Part shown: positions 1-11,579 of the stretch, one piece after another | How the letters are laid out: every line of letters starts with the position of its first letter | Position numbering within the stretch: position 1 is the stretch's first letter | From: Atractiella rhizophila | Taxonomy: Eukaryota | DNA length: 54,749 nucleotides | Assembly (NCBI GenBank): GCA_021432655.1 | Contig: MU271420.1 | Span: 1-54,749 of the forward strand | Direction of reading: 5' to 3' | Position numbers and translations under genes: made by a program | The notes under the pieces: model-generated | What the model was told of the DNA's origin: nothing | The model's input: only the letters and a program-made list of their open reading frames with translations | The model's database searches: none

Positions 1-908
1 GGACCAGGTGTGCGAGGGGATGTCAACAGCGTGAGGAATGGACCGAGAATTGTCACTGCTGTAAATGAGGAAAGGTCTGTGGCAAACACTGATCAGCGCC
101 TGCCTTGAATTCAACCGAAGTACATGGTATCAAAGCTCGTTGCTCTATGTCGCTGGCATTTAGCCAAATACTTTCCGCCTAGATGCAAGCAAGAATATTG
201 TAAATAAAGAAGCCCCACGGTCGAAACGGATTGGTACCCATGTTGTTCTGGCTGCCAATAAAAGTGCAAAGATGTAAAGCCGTCGTTCATATCAACATTT
301 TGGAAACAATTTCAATTGACTTGCCAAAATCGCGTACATTGGATGACACAGTGCAATGACTGTAGATTACTGTCTAAGACTTTGAGATTAAGATAGACGG
401 TTCAGGCTAGAACGAGAACCCGTAAAATCTCTTTTAATAAGGCCTAGTCATCAAGATAGACCAAATGAAATAAACATTTGCCTCGTGCATCTAAGGGTAT
501 CCTATCATACCTTACCTCAGACATAACCGTCGTAAGCGACTGTACAACGTTTGCAAGCACAGTGACAATTCCGTACAAGCAGCGCCAACGCCAAAATGAC
601 ACGTAGAAGTGAGCCAACACACCTTCTTCGCCCTCAACCTCTTCTCTCAGTCGCACCAGCGCCTCGTATGCAACAGCTTCTTCTTCCCTCTCCAATCCCT
701 TATCCTTCCTCACGCTCCCACTAGATCCGCTCCCTCCCAGTCCCGAGTTCCCCCTCCTCAGACCCATCTCACCCGCAAGTTCAGGACGGGATAATGACCT
801 TGCTACGGCGGATCCAGAGGCCCAGCGTGAGTTTCGACGCATGAGGGAGGTGAGTGTGAGTGTTTCGTAGAGGAGAAGGGAAGACGGGGAAAGCGAGAGT
901 GGAGCCAT
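1..908 (-). CDS. 5' part of a GBF1/Gea2-type Sec7 ARF guanine-nucleotide exchange factor (runs off the window start)
   Basis: Exon 1 (908-623) encodes ...LLYETLTLTSLMRRNSRWAS...YEALVRLREEV, resembling the fungal GBF1/Gea N-terminus. A GT..CAG intron at 622-77 is followed by an exon reading DLSSFTAVTILGPFLTLLTSPRTPGP, matching the recalled 'LxPFxxxxxSPxTxGPIT' DCB-domain motif. Recognised from memory, not searched. Confidence 0.75.
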
Positions 909-1210
909 ATTGTATGCTGTGTGATTTATGAGAATTATGCCTCGATATACGTGGTGTACAAGCAACGCATTAATATAACGTGTTGTAGCGACGTGTTACG
1001 CGCTTTGAATGTTCTGCCTTTGTTTTCCAGGAAAGGAAGTTGTTGTCATCATGCTGCTTCAACTCTTGCGATTAAGTCATATACTGAGTCATATATAGAT
1101 AGCTGAAGCGAGAACAAACTTGATTACGGATATTGGATTAACTCATGCTCGTATCTATTAAATATCTATTGCGTTGGCCCAACAAGCACATTTCACACCT
1201 GCCCACGAAG

Positions 1211-1700
1211 ATGAGCTGAGATGATTCTCTGGCCAAACAGGAGAAAGGACGTGAGTACCCAGCAAGATTGACATCCCCTCCACCCGTCGCAGCAAAGAAG
1301 GGAGAGGCCCGGGGTCAGCCGCCATACTCCATCGGCTGGATATTTGTTGGGGAGGACGGTCAGCGTGACCATCATGCAGATCTTGCTCATCTGGTGAGAA
1401 AGTGCAAGGATGCTGGTGCGTACGTTCTCTACTTGTGCCAGAGTTCGGACTTCTACGATTATGCCAGGAAAGAACCTCGGTACTGCTGTAAATGGGGGAT
1501 CAGAATGATTTTCACGATTGGCACCAATGCACCTCTAGTTACTAGGGCTACCGAGGAAGGTTTTATCAGCAGGATATAGGGAGTTACAGCTTCGACGCTG
1601 ACCCTGTTTTGTATCGCTTGGATAAGGTATCAAGAGCACCGTATTAATGAGTGCTCGACAGTCTGATTGCATCTGCTCACTTCGGCGCTTCACGCTATTT
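1211..1700 (+). pseudogene. Possible decayed spliced gene of unknown family
   Basis: Intron-like GTGAGT..GCAG at ~1251-1292 and a GTGCGT donor at ~1416 flank a coding-looking exon (KKGEARGQPPYSIGWIFVGEDGQRDHH), but the frames carry in-frame stops. No recognisable domain. Confidence 0.25.
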
Positions 1701-3260
1701 ACACTGTCATGCTTCGAACAAAAGGAGCAATCTCGAGCCGTGGGCCTGATTGGAGGTACATGGTTTCGATGTTTCATTGTGGCACAAACACGACACAGTT
1801 CGCCTCATTCGCGCGATCGCTAACCCGAAATAAATGAAGGAGTGGCATAGATCCTTGACATGTTCCAGGTGGCATCCATATCTAAATCTGACTAAAAGTA
1901 CTTTCACAAGCCCATGATGCGAATCAGGCGCATAGCAAAGGTTTTGATCAAGGTGAAGTCGAGATAATGTACAACTTCATCCATTGGATGAGGATCAGGA
2001 CATGCTGTCTCGTCGTTTCTTACAATAACTTGGGTGTCTCAACGCGGAAAGGGACCCTCAATCGCTGAATAGCTGGAATGCAGCTAGGTTGGATTTAGGG
2101 TAGCTTGTCACCTGAAAATGACACCAACAGCTTCACAGATAGCACACACTTCTCCTTTAGGAACTCCCATTCATCCCACCAACGAAGTGTGTACACTTCC
2201 AAAAGCCGACAAAAGCCAATAGCTCAGATGAAAGGAAAGCTTCATTGTCGAATGTTGGCACCTATTGAATTTCATCGAGATATCTGGAGTACTGAAGTGT
2301 TTCGACAAGGGGCAATGAAGCTTTGAGCCCATTACAAATAAAACAGGTCAGGTCACCTTTGGCCTTGTTCAAAGCGTCTTTGAGGGAACAAGTTGTCCCA
2401 GGCTTCTACTTCGTGATGCCTATTCCGTCGCATATTCACTCGAAGAGATGAAGGATAAGAAATAAGCCGACCTGGGCATTACATCTCTTGTAAACATTTG
2501 GCCAGTCTCCAGAGCCTTTCTAAACACGTAACCAGTACATACAGATATCAATAAATGTGTCAACTTGGATGGGTTGTCTGAAGAGTGGCGATTTAAAGAG
2601 ACAGATGTGTCATGACGGTCATATGGTAAAACAACTCCACTTTTGAAAGATTTTGTAAAAGGATATCATGCCGCAACTATCCTTGACATATGATAAAAAT
2701 TCATTCCATCAGCGTGTCTGGCGCATCGCGGTATTTACCAAACCGAATGATGAATCTGTCATCACACCACAACTCAAAGCCGTCTACTTCTGCTGACACA
2801 GGATGCTAATGCTGTGTGAAGACTACTTGAGAGGCTTATGCAAAATAGCATACTGTAGCACTGGTGAGAATGGGACTAAAACCACATGCCGTTGTCCTAT
2901 CACAACCATGAAAAGGCCCACATCTACATCAAATGTGATATTAGTGCTGGTCCTCAGCACCGCATCACTGCATCATCAGTAAACGCGGAATAAAGGTATG
3001 TTATGCACACCTTTGAAAACGGAAAGATTCTCTGAGGGTGGTGTTGAAAACGTTGAAATTTGAAGGCACCATGGTGGACACGGTGGAGGATTGAAACGAG
3101 TAAGAAATGCGGTTACGTACGAGGATCTTTCTGTTTTCTCGCCACCACGACCGAAACTGCTGCTCCACCTCCACTCTTATAAATCCAATCCACCTCCACC
3201 GCTTTCCCCTTTCCGCTCACGATTTGTATCTGGACGGCTTGCAGACATCGTAAGTACACA

Positions 3261-5468
3261 ATGTCCATGCCTGGATCGTATTCTGTCGAGCCTGAAGAAG
3301 TCGAGGATCTGATAATGGCCGCCCTTGATGAAGAAGATGACCCAGACTGGGAGCCAGACGAGGAAGAACAAGAGGAAACTGAGGATGTGGAGATGGATAA
3401 CGAAGAAGAAGAAGAAGAAGAAACGGAAAGGAGAAATGACGCTCTTTCCTTGATATCAGGTTTGTTGAATCCACAACATGAGGAAGCGGATGCCGATGAT
3501 GATGAGGAGAACGAGCTGCGGCTCGAATTTGATCGTATGTCGCCTCCTATTCATTAGCAAAGGGATGGTATATATTGTTGTTGGTGTAAAAAGCTCTCAC
3601 TGGACAAATTCGGATTGTCGCCTCACGTCCTCCTACCCTCTCCGCTCTCCGCCGTCTGTTGGAATCGAGGCGTGTTTCTGCTCCTCGCCGGCCGCCAGTA
3701 ACGAGATACTTCAAACCAGCCGATTCTCCCATCGAAGAGGGACGTGAGTTGTTGAGGAGCGGCGAGTTCGGACCGCTGCCTAGGAGGGAAAGGGACAGGG
3801 GACGCAAATTTAAGGGGAGGGAGAATGTGGGAGATTTGTTGATGGAGAGGATGGGAAGGAAGCGGCGACACCTCAGGAGTGAATGGGCGGATGTAAGCCT
3901 GCTTCATTCTTTCGTGCTTCCATCTGAGGAGAATAAAGGTCTGTGTCCCCAATTCTGTAGGAACAGAAGTGGCCGTCTACAGGGACAATGTCTACTCTGG
4001 CCAGTTTTCAAACGACGGCTCCTTTTTCTACTCCTGCGTGCAGGACTTTAAAGTGTACATCTACGACACGCGGCGGTCTCCACTCGCGGGCACAAAGTCC
4101 ATCTACGAGAGCCCACCTACCACCAATGCACGCCGCCGTCGGTGGGAGACAGACGATTACTGGATCTCGCATCGTTCTTCGCTGAAAGAAATCAAGACGA
4201 TCCGAGCTCGGGAAGAAAACTGCAGCTGGACGATTACAGATGCGAATCTTAGCCCAAGCAACGATTGGCTCATCTATTCCTCCATCACCCCAGTCGTACA
4301 TCTTGTGAATACGCGTGAATCTCTTCTTCAACTTCCTGGACAGAGAGCCTTTAGTGAGGAAGACCAGATATGTCTCGACTTCTCGACAAATCAGCAGGTT
4401 CATTTTGGTATTTGGTCGATCCGCTTCTCAGCCGATGCACGGGAGATCGTTGCGGGTGGGAATCGATACGGAGGGATATACGTTTATGATATCGAGAGGA
4501 AGCAAACAACTCTGAATGTGGTGGCTCATCGAAGAGATGTGAACGCCGTTGCGTTCGCAGATGAAGGCAGCAGTAATGTTTTGATCAGTGGTAGCGATGA
4601 CAATTTCGTCAAAGTTTGGGTGCGCAACTTCTTATCCTATTTGTAACCTAAGATCTGACTTAGCATGCCAGGATCGCCGGTCTCTAGCAAGTAACAAGCC
4701 TTCCGGAGTTCTGATAGGGCACACGGAAGGAGTCACTTATGTCTCATCGAAAGGTGACGGACGCTACGCTCTCTCGAACGGAAAAGACCAGGGTGCGAGG
4801 TTGTGGGATTTGCGGAAAATGAGAAGCAGTCATGACTTCGAAAACATCCCTCGAACGCAGCTAGATGTAGGCATTGAGGGTTGGGATTATCGGTCAGTAT
4901 CTTCAGCTTGGGAGGCTTCGAACTGACGTTTTCATAGAGGGGGAACATACCATGAGCCAAAGTATCGGGAGCATCCGCTGGAAGGGTCAGTAATGATCTA
5001 CCGCGGACACTCCGTCCTAAGAACCCTCATACGAGCGCACTTCTCCCCTCCCTCACAGACAGGTCAGCGGTACATCTACTCTGGTTCGTGTGCTCGTCAT
5101 CATCCTTCTTGCTTGCTTATTGACACCCGGCAAAAGGGTCAGCGGATGGTCGTATTCATATTTGGAATCTCGACGGCACGCTCAAAGAGCGTATCGATCG
5201 ACACTCGACCACTCCTCTCATCTCCTCTAAGGCATCGAAACAATACAACGATCCCTCCTTCCCCGATCCAAAAGACATTGTTGTTCCCAACGAGGAGAGC
5301 ATGGACCTTCACACAGTCGTGAGAGACGTTGCGTGGCATCCTTATGAGCCGTATCTAATAAGCACGGCATGGGGATCAAATACGAACAGCTTTGATGGAA
5401 GTCTCGCTAAACATCCTTGGAAGAGCTATGGATCCGCCTATGGGACCTTGGATGGTGGCGAATTCTAA
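3261..5468 (+). CDS. WD40-repeat protein, DCAF11/WDR23 (LEC14B) family; multi-exon
   Basis: Acidic N-terminus, then YSGQFSNDGSFFYSCVQDFKV, WTITDANLSP, FGIWSIRFSADAREIVAG, AHRRDVNAVAFAD, GHTEGVTYVSSKGDGRY..SNGKDQ..RLWDLRKM, YRGHSVLRTLIRAHFSP..TGQRYIYSGS and VRDVAWHP. Stop TAA at 5466-5468. Confidence 0.9.
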
Positions 5469-5576
5469 CAATTCCAGATTGCTCTGTGTTCATGATCATG
5501 ATTTGTGATGCAAGTTTGTCTTGCACTGTCCCTGCTTGTAAATGATCTAGTACATATAACTTTATTTGTACACCAA

Positions 5577-7648
5577 CTACACTTTGGGTGTTTGATGTCC
5601 ACTACGACCTCGACTCCCATTCCCTCCGGTCCCTGTGGCCGATGTGAGATTATGCAGAATGAGATCCTCCATCTTTTTCCCCCTCCTCTCGTTCTGGAAA
5701 TAGTGGCTAATGAGAAACGCCACATCAAGGGACTGCTCATAGTTCATCCTCGGATCGCAATATGTCTGATAATTCAGACTCAGATCCTCATCTAAAAGCT
5801 CCATGCTCCCTCCCAAACATTCAGTAACACTAAATCCATCCTCGTTCGTCTCGCCGGTCAGTTCAAGGTGGATGCCAGAGAGGCGGGATGAGTGTTGTAG
5901 GTGAATGCGGAAGGAAGAAGAAATTTCCGAGACCATGTCAGCTGCATAATCGAAGTCAACTAATAGGAAAATGTGTTGCGAATTAAGGACGGGGAGACAA
6001 ACCCATATGTCGAGTTTTGATGTCTGGAGATGCTTCGGAGCTTTTGGTGTTGCCATGCATCGGGTCACAACTCCAAATGACCACATTTTCGTATTCCGAC
6101 TCCTTGACAGCTCGAATAATGGGTGGGAGGGCACTCTCTACTTTATCTTTCCCAAACCTGAGCGAGTCACAATTTAGACTCTTGCCATGGACTCCAAAAG
6201 AACTCGAAAGAATGTGCTGACCTGCATATCAGCGTTACTCTGCCTGGCTCCTTATCTGGGTCTACGATTTTGAGCAGGTCGATCAACTCGGATGGTGCCA
6301 TGGAAGGTCCAACTTTGATACCTATTGGATTACGGATGCCACGGAAGTACCTATCGGATAACGCATGAGCGAGGGAGGCCTAGGTGGTGGGGAGGGGCAG
6401 CAAACTCGACATGAGCCCCGTCAAGCTGGCGTGTGCGGTCTCCAATCCACAAAAAGTGTCTGCGAATTGTTATCAGCCAAAATCTTGGGGAAAGACGGAG
6501 AACCGGTACGCAGAAACATTGTACCACGCTTCCTGCTCCTCTTCCGCCGCCCTCGTCGTCGTGCTGTTAGACAGCCTTTCTAAACTTGCTGATCTGCTCA
6601 ACGGATAGGGGGACACAAGTTTTCTCTCGACTTTCTTCTCCTTCTGTGTTATTTTTTCCATGGGACGGGTCAAGGCTTCTTCGTATTCAAGCAGTAAGCC
6701 TTCATGACTTGTCCAAACTTCAACCTTCTCCAGAATACTGCCTCCTCCCCCACCTACGACATCTATGAAGTCCAAAGCATCTGTTAGGTTATCGACGATG
6801 CGTTCGAACGCCTGTTGGAGGGCAGGAGAGCGAACGTGGGAGAGGGACCAGGAGAGAGGATGGTGGAGCGAGGCGAAACGTGGGGAAGAGAGGAGCGAAC
6901 GCATGTAGTTTAAGGTCGAGGAAGAATGGAAGTAGCTCTGTGTTAAGCGAGAGGGATCGGGCGTGCGTTCCGAGACGGCGAAGCCGTTGACGTTGTCTCC
7001 TCGAAACGAGAGGACTTCCCCAACGCCTGGTACCACCTCTGTTGGTTTGCTCCGCGGCTAGTACGACATGTGAGCTGGCTAAATGGCTACGTTCTGAAGA
7101 GAGAAGGCTCGAACCTTGGCATATTGACCTGCCCCTCGGAGGATTCGGACGACTGGCAGACGCGCACCATAGATGATGATGAGGGACATGGCGAGGAGTA
7201 GCTTGAGCTTGGACTCTATCATAGTGGGAGTGCAGTAATCGAATAGTTCTGCGCTATTTTAAGTAAAACGTCGTCAGCGTGGGCTCTGATAACTGCACAT
7301 AGTGAACACAAGCTGATTTACCAATCACCACCTTGGAGTAGGAAAGCCTTGCCAGCCGCTACCTGAGCACTTCGTTCTCATTCAGCTAGTTTCACGCCAA
7401 TCGCAGGAGAAGAGGCACACAGATTCTGCCTCAGCCTCTCAATCTGCGCCACACATGCCACAGAACTCTCAACACCACTTCGTTCAATACAAAGAAAATC
7501 GCACCTCGTCATTGCTCACCAATGGTGGTAGCTTCCTCAGCGTCTCCGTCACCGCTGGGAGCTTATGTTCAGTTTCTGGAGGGTATACTACGTCTTGTAA
7601 AATCTTCTTGGATCGCCAGGAGTCTGGAGTCCAGTTTGGAGCTGACAT
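5577..7648 (-). CDS. Class II DAHP synthase (phospho-2-dehydro-3-deoxyheptonate aldolase); multi-exon
   Basis: [40 protein letters not shown]-like segment, [70 protein letters not shown] and [15 protein letters not shown]. Confidence 0.95.
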
Positions 7649-8396
7649 CAGGGGCAATTTATTCGTTCTGCTGTTGCTGAGTGCAATAAGTCTGGCGTTT
7701 GTTCCTTTTCTGGCGTGTCTGATGAGAAAAGCGGCCAGTGACTGTACTGTATGTCCTTCTCTTCGTTGGAAAAAGCAATTGATAGATGACGCCGCGATGA
7801 AAACAAAAAGTCTGGACTAACTGATTAGAAAAGCCAGAATTAAATGTGATACTATGGACCTGCGTGAGAGATCCTGAGTAGCAACAGAAGGTTTTCTAAG
7901 TCGATCACAGTTTTAAGGGCCAACTGCTGCTCTGCACGCGCTTCAAGTTCTTTGGTGCTAGATCACGTGGGTGTGAGTGCCGTCATCATGTGACAGCCTT
8001 CAGCGCTCTGTTGAGGCTTTCTAGCGGTCTAAGCAGGTGCGAAGGTGGTGCTGAATAGGCTGTCAATTGGTGAGATGGAATTATGAGGTTGGTAGAGTGC
8101 TGAGGGAGTGCTTTGCGAAGTGGTGGAAAGGAGCAGCACGAGTGCCCGCCTCGTCGCTGGGTTCGCTATTTGTTCGCGTTGCCGATCTGCTCCATCAAGC
8201 AAAAATTGTCATCGAAGCTAAGCAACATGCCACCTCCGCATCATTCATTGTATGGTAGAGTTAACTGGCCAACGACGATTTCTTGCCGATGTTCTGGGCA
8301 GAGGGGAAGATATTTAGTACCATTTCAAAGTCAAGCTAGTCAAGTGAAGATGAATGTTTGACAACCATTCTTGAGTACGTTATCTCCTTGTGTGCT

Positions 8397-11300
8397 TTAA
8401 CTCGTTTGTTCTTTCGCATAGGTTTGCTGCTCCAAGAAGGCGGGTGGAGGTTGCTTCTCCACTCGTAGTAGCGTAGTAGTGGAACGAGCTAGGGTCTCTT
8501 CCACTGCTGTCGGGCTTGTGCGGGGTGAGGAACTCAACATGATGTTCATGGCTTCACAATGTCCTAGTGTGCCTGGGCTTCGCACCACTAACAGGTGGGA
8601 ATGTATCCTTTATAAAGATGTTGCAATCTATGACATTCTTTGACCTCTTGGTACCCTCGTACGTTGACACTAAGTTGTCTGAAAACAAACGAATAAACAT
8701 CAATTTAAGAGAGAAGTGACCGAAGAAGTTTTGAGTCAGTAGTTGATAAACGAATCGGAGAAGAATGGAATAAGTCCATGTGCTTTGGGCTAATATTGGA
8801 ACATTGGAGATGATAACTGCAATGAAGACAAGGCAACGACAAAGGAACTGAATAAGTATTTGAGAAAAGTATAACTTAGCGGGTTCAATTTCAATCTCTG
8901 CCTCCTTCATTTCTTCGGACATTAGGTTGATGTTGCAGTATTCGCTGGACCAGTTCCAGTTTCTTTCCATTTGTTGGAAGCCCAAAGTCCTAAGTCTGAT
9001 ATTAGTCTGAGTGTCGTGGCAGCAAAGGCAATAGTATAGAATAGTTTACCATCAATGCGGTCTTGCAATCTGATGCCGTATATTTGTTCCTGTTATTTAG
9101 ATCTTTCTCAGAAGCTCCCCAAGCCTTATTTCTGCTTTCAAGACCCTCGCCCTCTTCGCCTTCCCAAGTCCAGTAAACCCCACTGTCATCGTCACCGCTA
9201 ACCACAGCAACGTTGCTTTGTTTTTTCTTCTTATCCGTTCCGAGCCCCTTCTCGACACCTGTGCCTTTCTTTCTTCCTCCTGGTTTTGGGTCATCGAGGG
9301 GATTGGGTGTCGTGAGGCTGCTTGGGAAAGTTGTCCGTGTAGGGATGAGAGAATCTGCTGGGACAATGTTTCGAGCTTTTGCAGCTACAGTGGTGGGAGG
9401 AGGTGTAACGTTACTGGCGGACGTGGTTGTTTGAGGAGCAGGATGATCTTGAATTGTGAGCGACGGGTTTGGAGGTGTGAGTCCCATTTTTTCCCATTCT
9501 TCTACTCCAAACTGGATTCAAAAATCAGTTCACATCAGTCACGAACCTATATGTCGAAGAGAAGACATACAAACTCCAAAAGTCCCTTTCCTTTACCATT
9601 AACCCACCCAGCTGCCACAGCCTTCACAAGCTTCTCCAACTTTTCAGACAACACCAAATACCTTGTCTCCCGGTCCGATTCTTCCATCTTCATGCCACTT
9701 GACACAACATCAAACAGCTCTGCAACAAAATCTGGACAACTGATTTCCTTCCATTCATCTAGCTTGGCGAAAACAGTTGGATCCAGCTTGTGACCAAACC
9801 CGGTTGCAATGTCATCAATCTCATCTTCAGTCAGCTCAGTGCGCCGTCCAGTTATCCACTTCTCCCAAGCTGAAGTCTCTGCCTTTGCACTCCGAATGAC
9901 GGTCTGGATTTTTACGTGAGTAGAGGGTAGTGGGACAGGAAAGGTGGTGGGGTCAGCTAGCGCAAAGGACAGCGCTTGTAGTAAGCGGTGAGTTTGATCT
10001 TCCATTTCGAAAAGATTCTTTATGTATTCTGTCACAATAACTGGTCAGCATTGTCATTGCACTAAAGAAAGCAGTTACCAATTCCCGACAAATTGAAACT
10101 GTGTGGTGCTGTCCTTGCTCTCTTGCCTTGCAAGCGATCTTCATGATTTTCTTCTTCTTCTCGCCTTCTCTTCTTCCCTTTGTCTCTCTTCCCATAAGTA
10201 ATAGGTTCGGCATTCTCCACCAGCTGTAACCAACATGATAAGTGTTAGTCAGTACCATTGCAATTGGAGGAGAGGGCTAACCTTTGCACGGGTCAATTTT
10301 GGGTTCTTGATGGTTGATGATATGCCTTTTTCTCCATTCTCATTCTCATCCCCCCCTTCGTCCGATTGATTTGAGCCGGCAGTTTGAATGTTCTGAATAA
10401 GTAATGAATATTTCGTGGTTGGAAGTAAACTTAAAATTACACACCTTAATGACTTTCTTTGCCTTATTCCCCAGCTTGTTCTGAAGGATTGCCTTTGTGA
10501 TCCATCCTCCGGCGCAATACGACAAGCATGGGTGCAGCTCTTCCAAGTATCGGCAAGCGGCACAAACAAGGCGAGGGTCTTGATTGTCAAGCGCTACAGG
10601 GTGGTTGAAGAGTCCAATGACAAGGAAACTGACAGTCGTCTTGATGTCCTTCCAATCAGCATCAGAAAGCTCAACGAAGTCGAACTTGTCGTCTGGTAGC
10701 TCAACTCGCTTCCTAATGAGTGAACGAATAGATCTGAGTGAAAGCAAAGACTGTCCTGCACTGATAAGTTTGGAAGTTTGTGCGTTAAATTTCTTCTCCG
10801 CTGCTGGTCGGTCCCATGGAATTTTCGCATTTAAAGGAAAATCACTTTGGTTCCAGCAGATGGGAGGACGGCTGTACTGTGGGTTCCGTAAAAAGGCATA
10901 CCAAGATGGCACAGTTTCCAGAGTATATAGATCGGACGCGAGAGGAGCAGGTGTGTTCGAAGAGAATCGCGTGTTCCGTTCAAGTACAGGGGAGACGTTG
11001 CGAGAGGAAACATTCTGAGGAATAGCGGTTTGCTGCTTCAAATGTTCAAGTTCCGCCTTGAGATCAAGTATCTCTCGTTTGTAGGAGATGAGCTGGGAAT
11101 CCAAGGACTCGATATGTTTCTTCGAACTACTGAGTTCCAAAGTAAGCTGCAGAATTTGAGAACTTGAAGAGTAGGTATCAAGATGGATGTCGGGAAGAGT
11201 GCTAGACATTGGCACAAAATTAGGAGTCGACGGTGATACAGAAACTCCACGTTGAGGAAGATTTGGAGACAAGGGAAGGTTGAAAGGTGTATGATGACGT

Positions 11301-11461
11301 GCACCAAGTTGAAATGCAGAAGCTGCTGGATAGGTCGACGCGTCTCCCACTGAAAAAGTTTCAACAGTGCCGGTCCCAGCCATTTGAGAGCCACTTTCAA
11401 GCCGATTTCTCCACTGCTGCGAGCTACCATATCTGCTGGCAGCCGAGTTACATTGAGCCAT
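8397..11461 (-). CDS. Multi-exon hypothetical protein, probable transposon-encoded accessory factor (3' end uncertain)
   Basis: Long exon MAQCNS... with a coiled coil (LQLTLELSSSKKHIESLDSQLISYKREILDLKAELEHLKQQ) and a CAACRYLEELHPCLSYCAGGWITKAIL segment. Further minus-strand ORFs (10249-10590, 9547-10035, 9002-9487, 8554-8985) are separated by intron-sized gaps. Basic NLS-like runs are present. Confidence 0.55.
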
Positions 11462-11579
11462 GATGGCAACTTGGAATACAGAGGCAGAAAAGCTTTGATT
11501 TTGGTTTGTTTGGCTAAAATTGTGACCAGTACGTAACAAAACCAAAACCAAATCGATAACAACCACAATCCTTTCAGAG

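Noticed and set aside
3402..3423. (GAA)n microsatellite
   Set aside because: It simply encodes the poly-Glu tract of the WD40 protein.
5577..7648. Class II DAHP synthase as a horizontally acquired or cluster gene
   Set aside because: Class II enzymes are known in fungi; the gene is intron-rich and has no secondary-metabolism neighbours.
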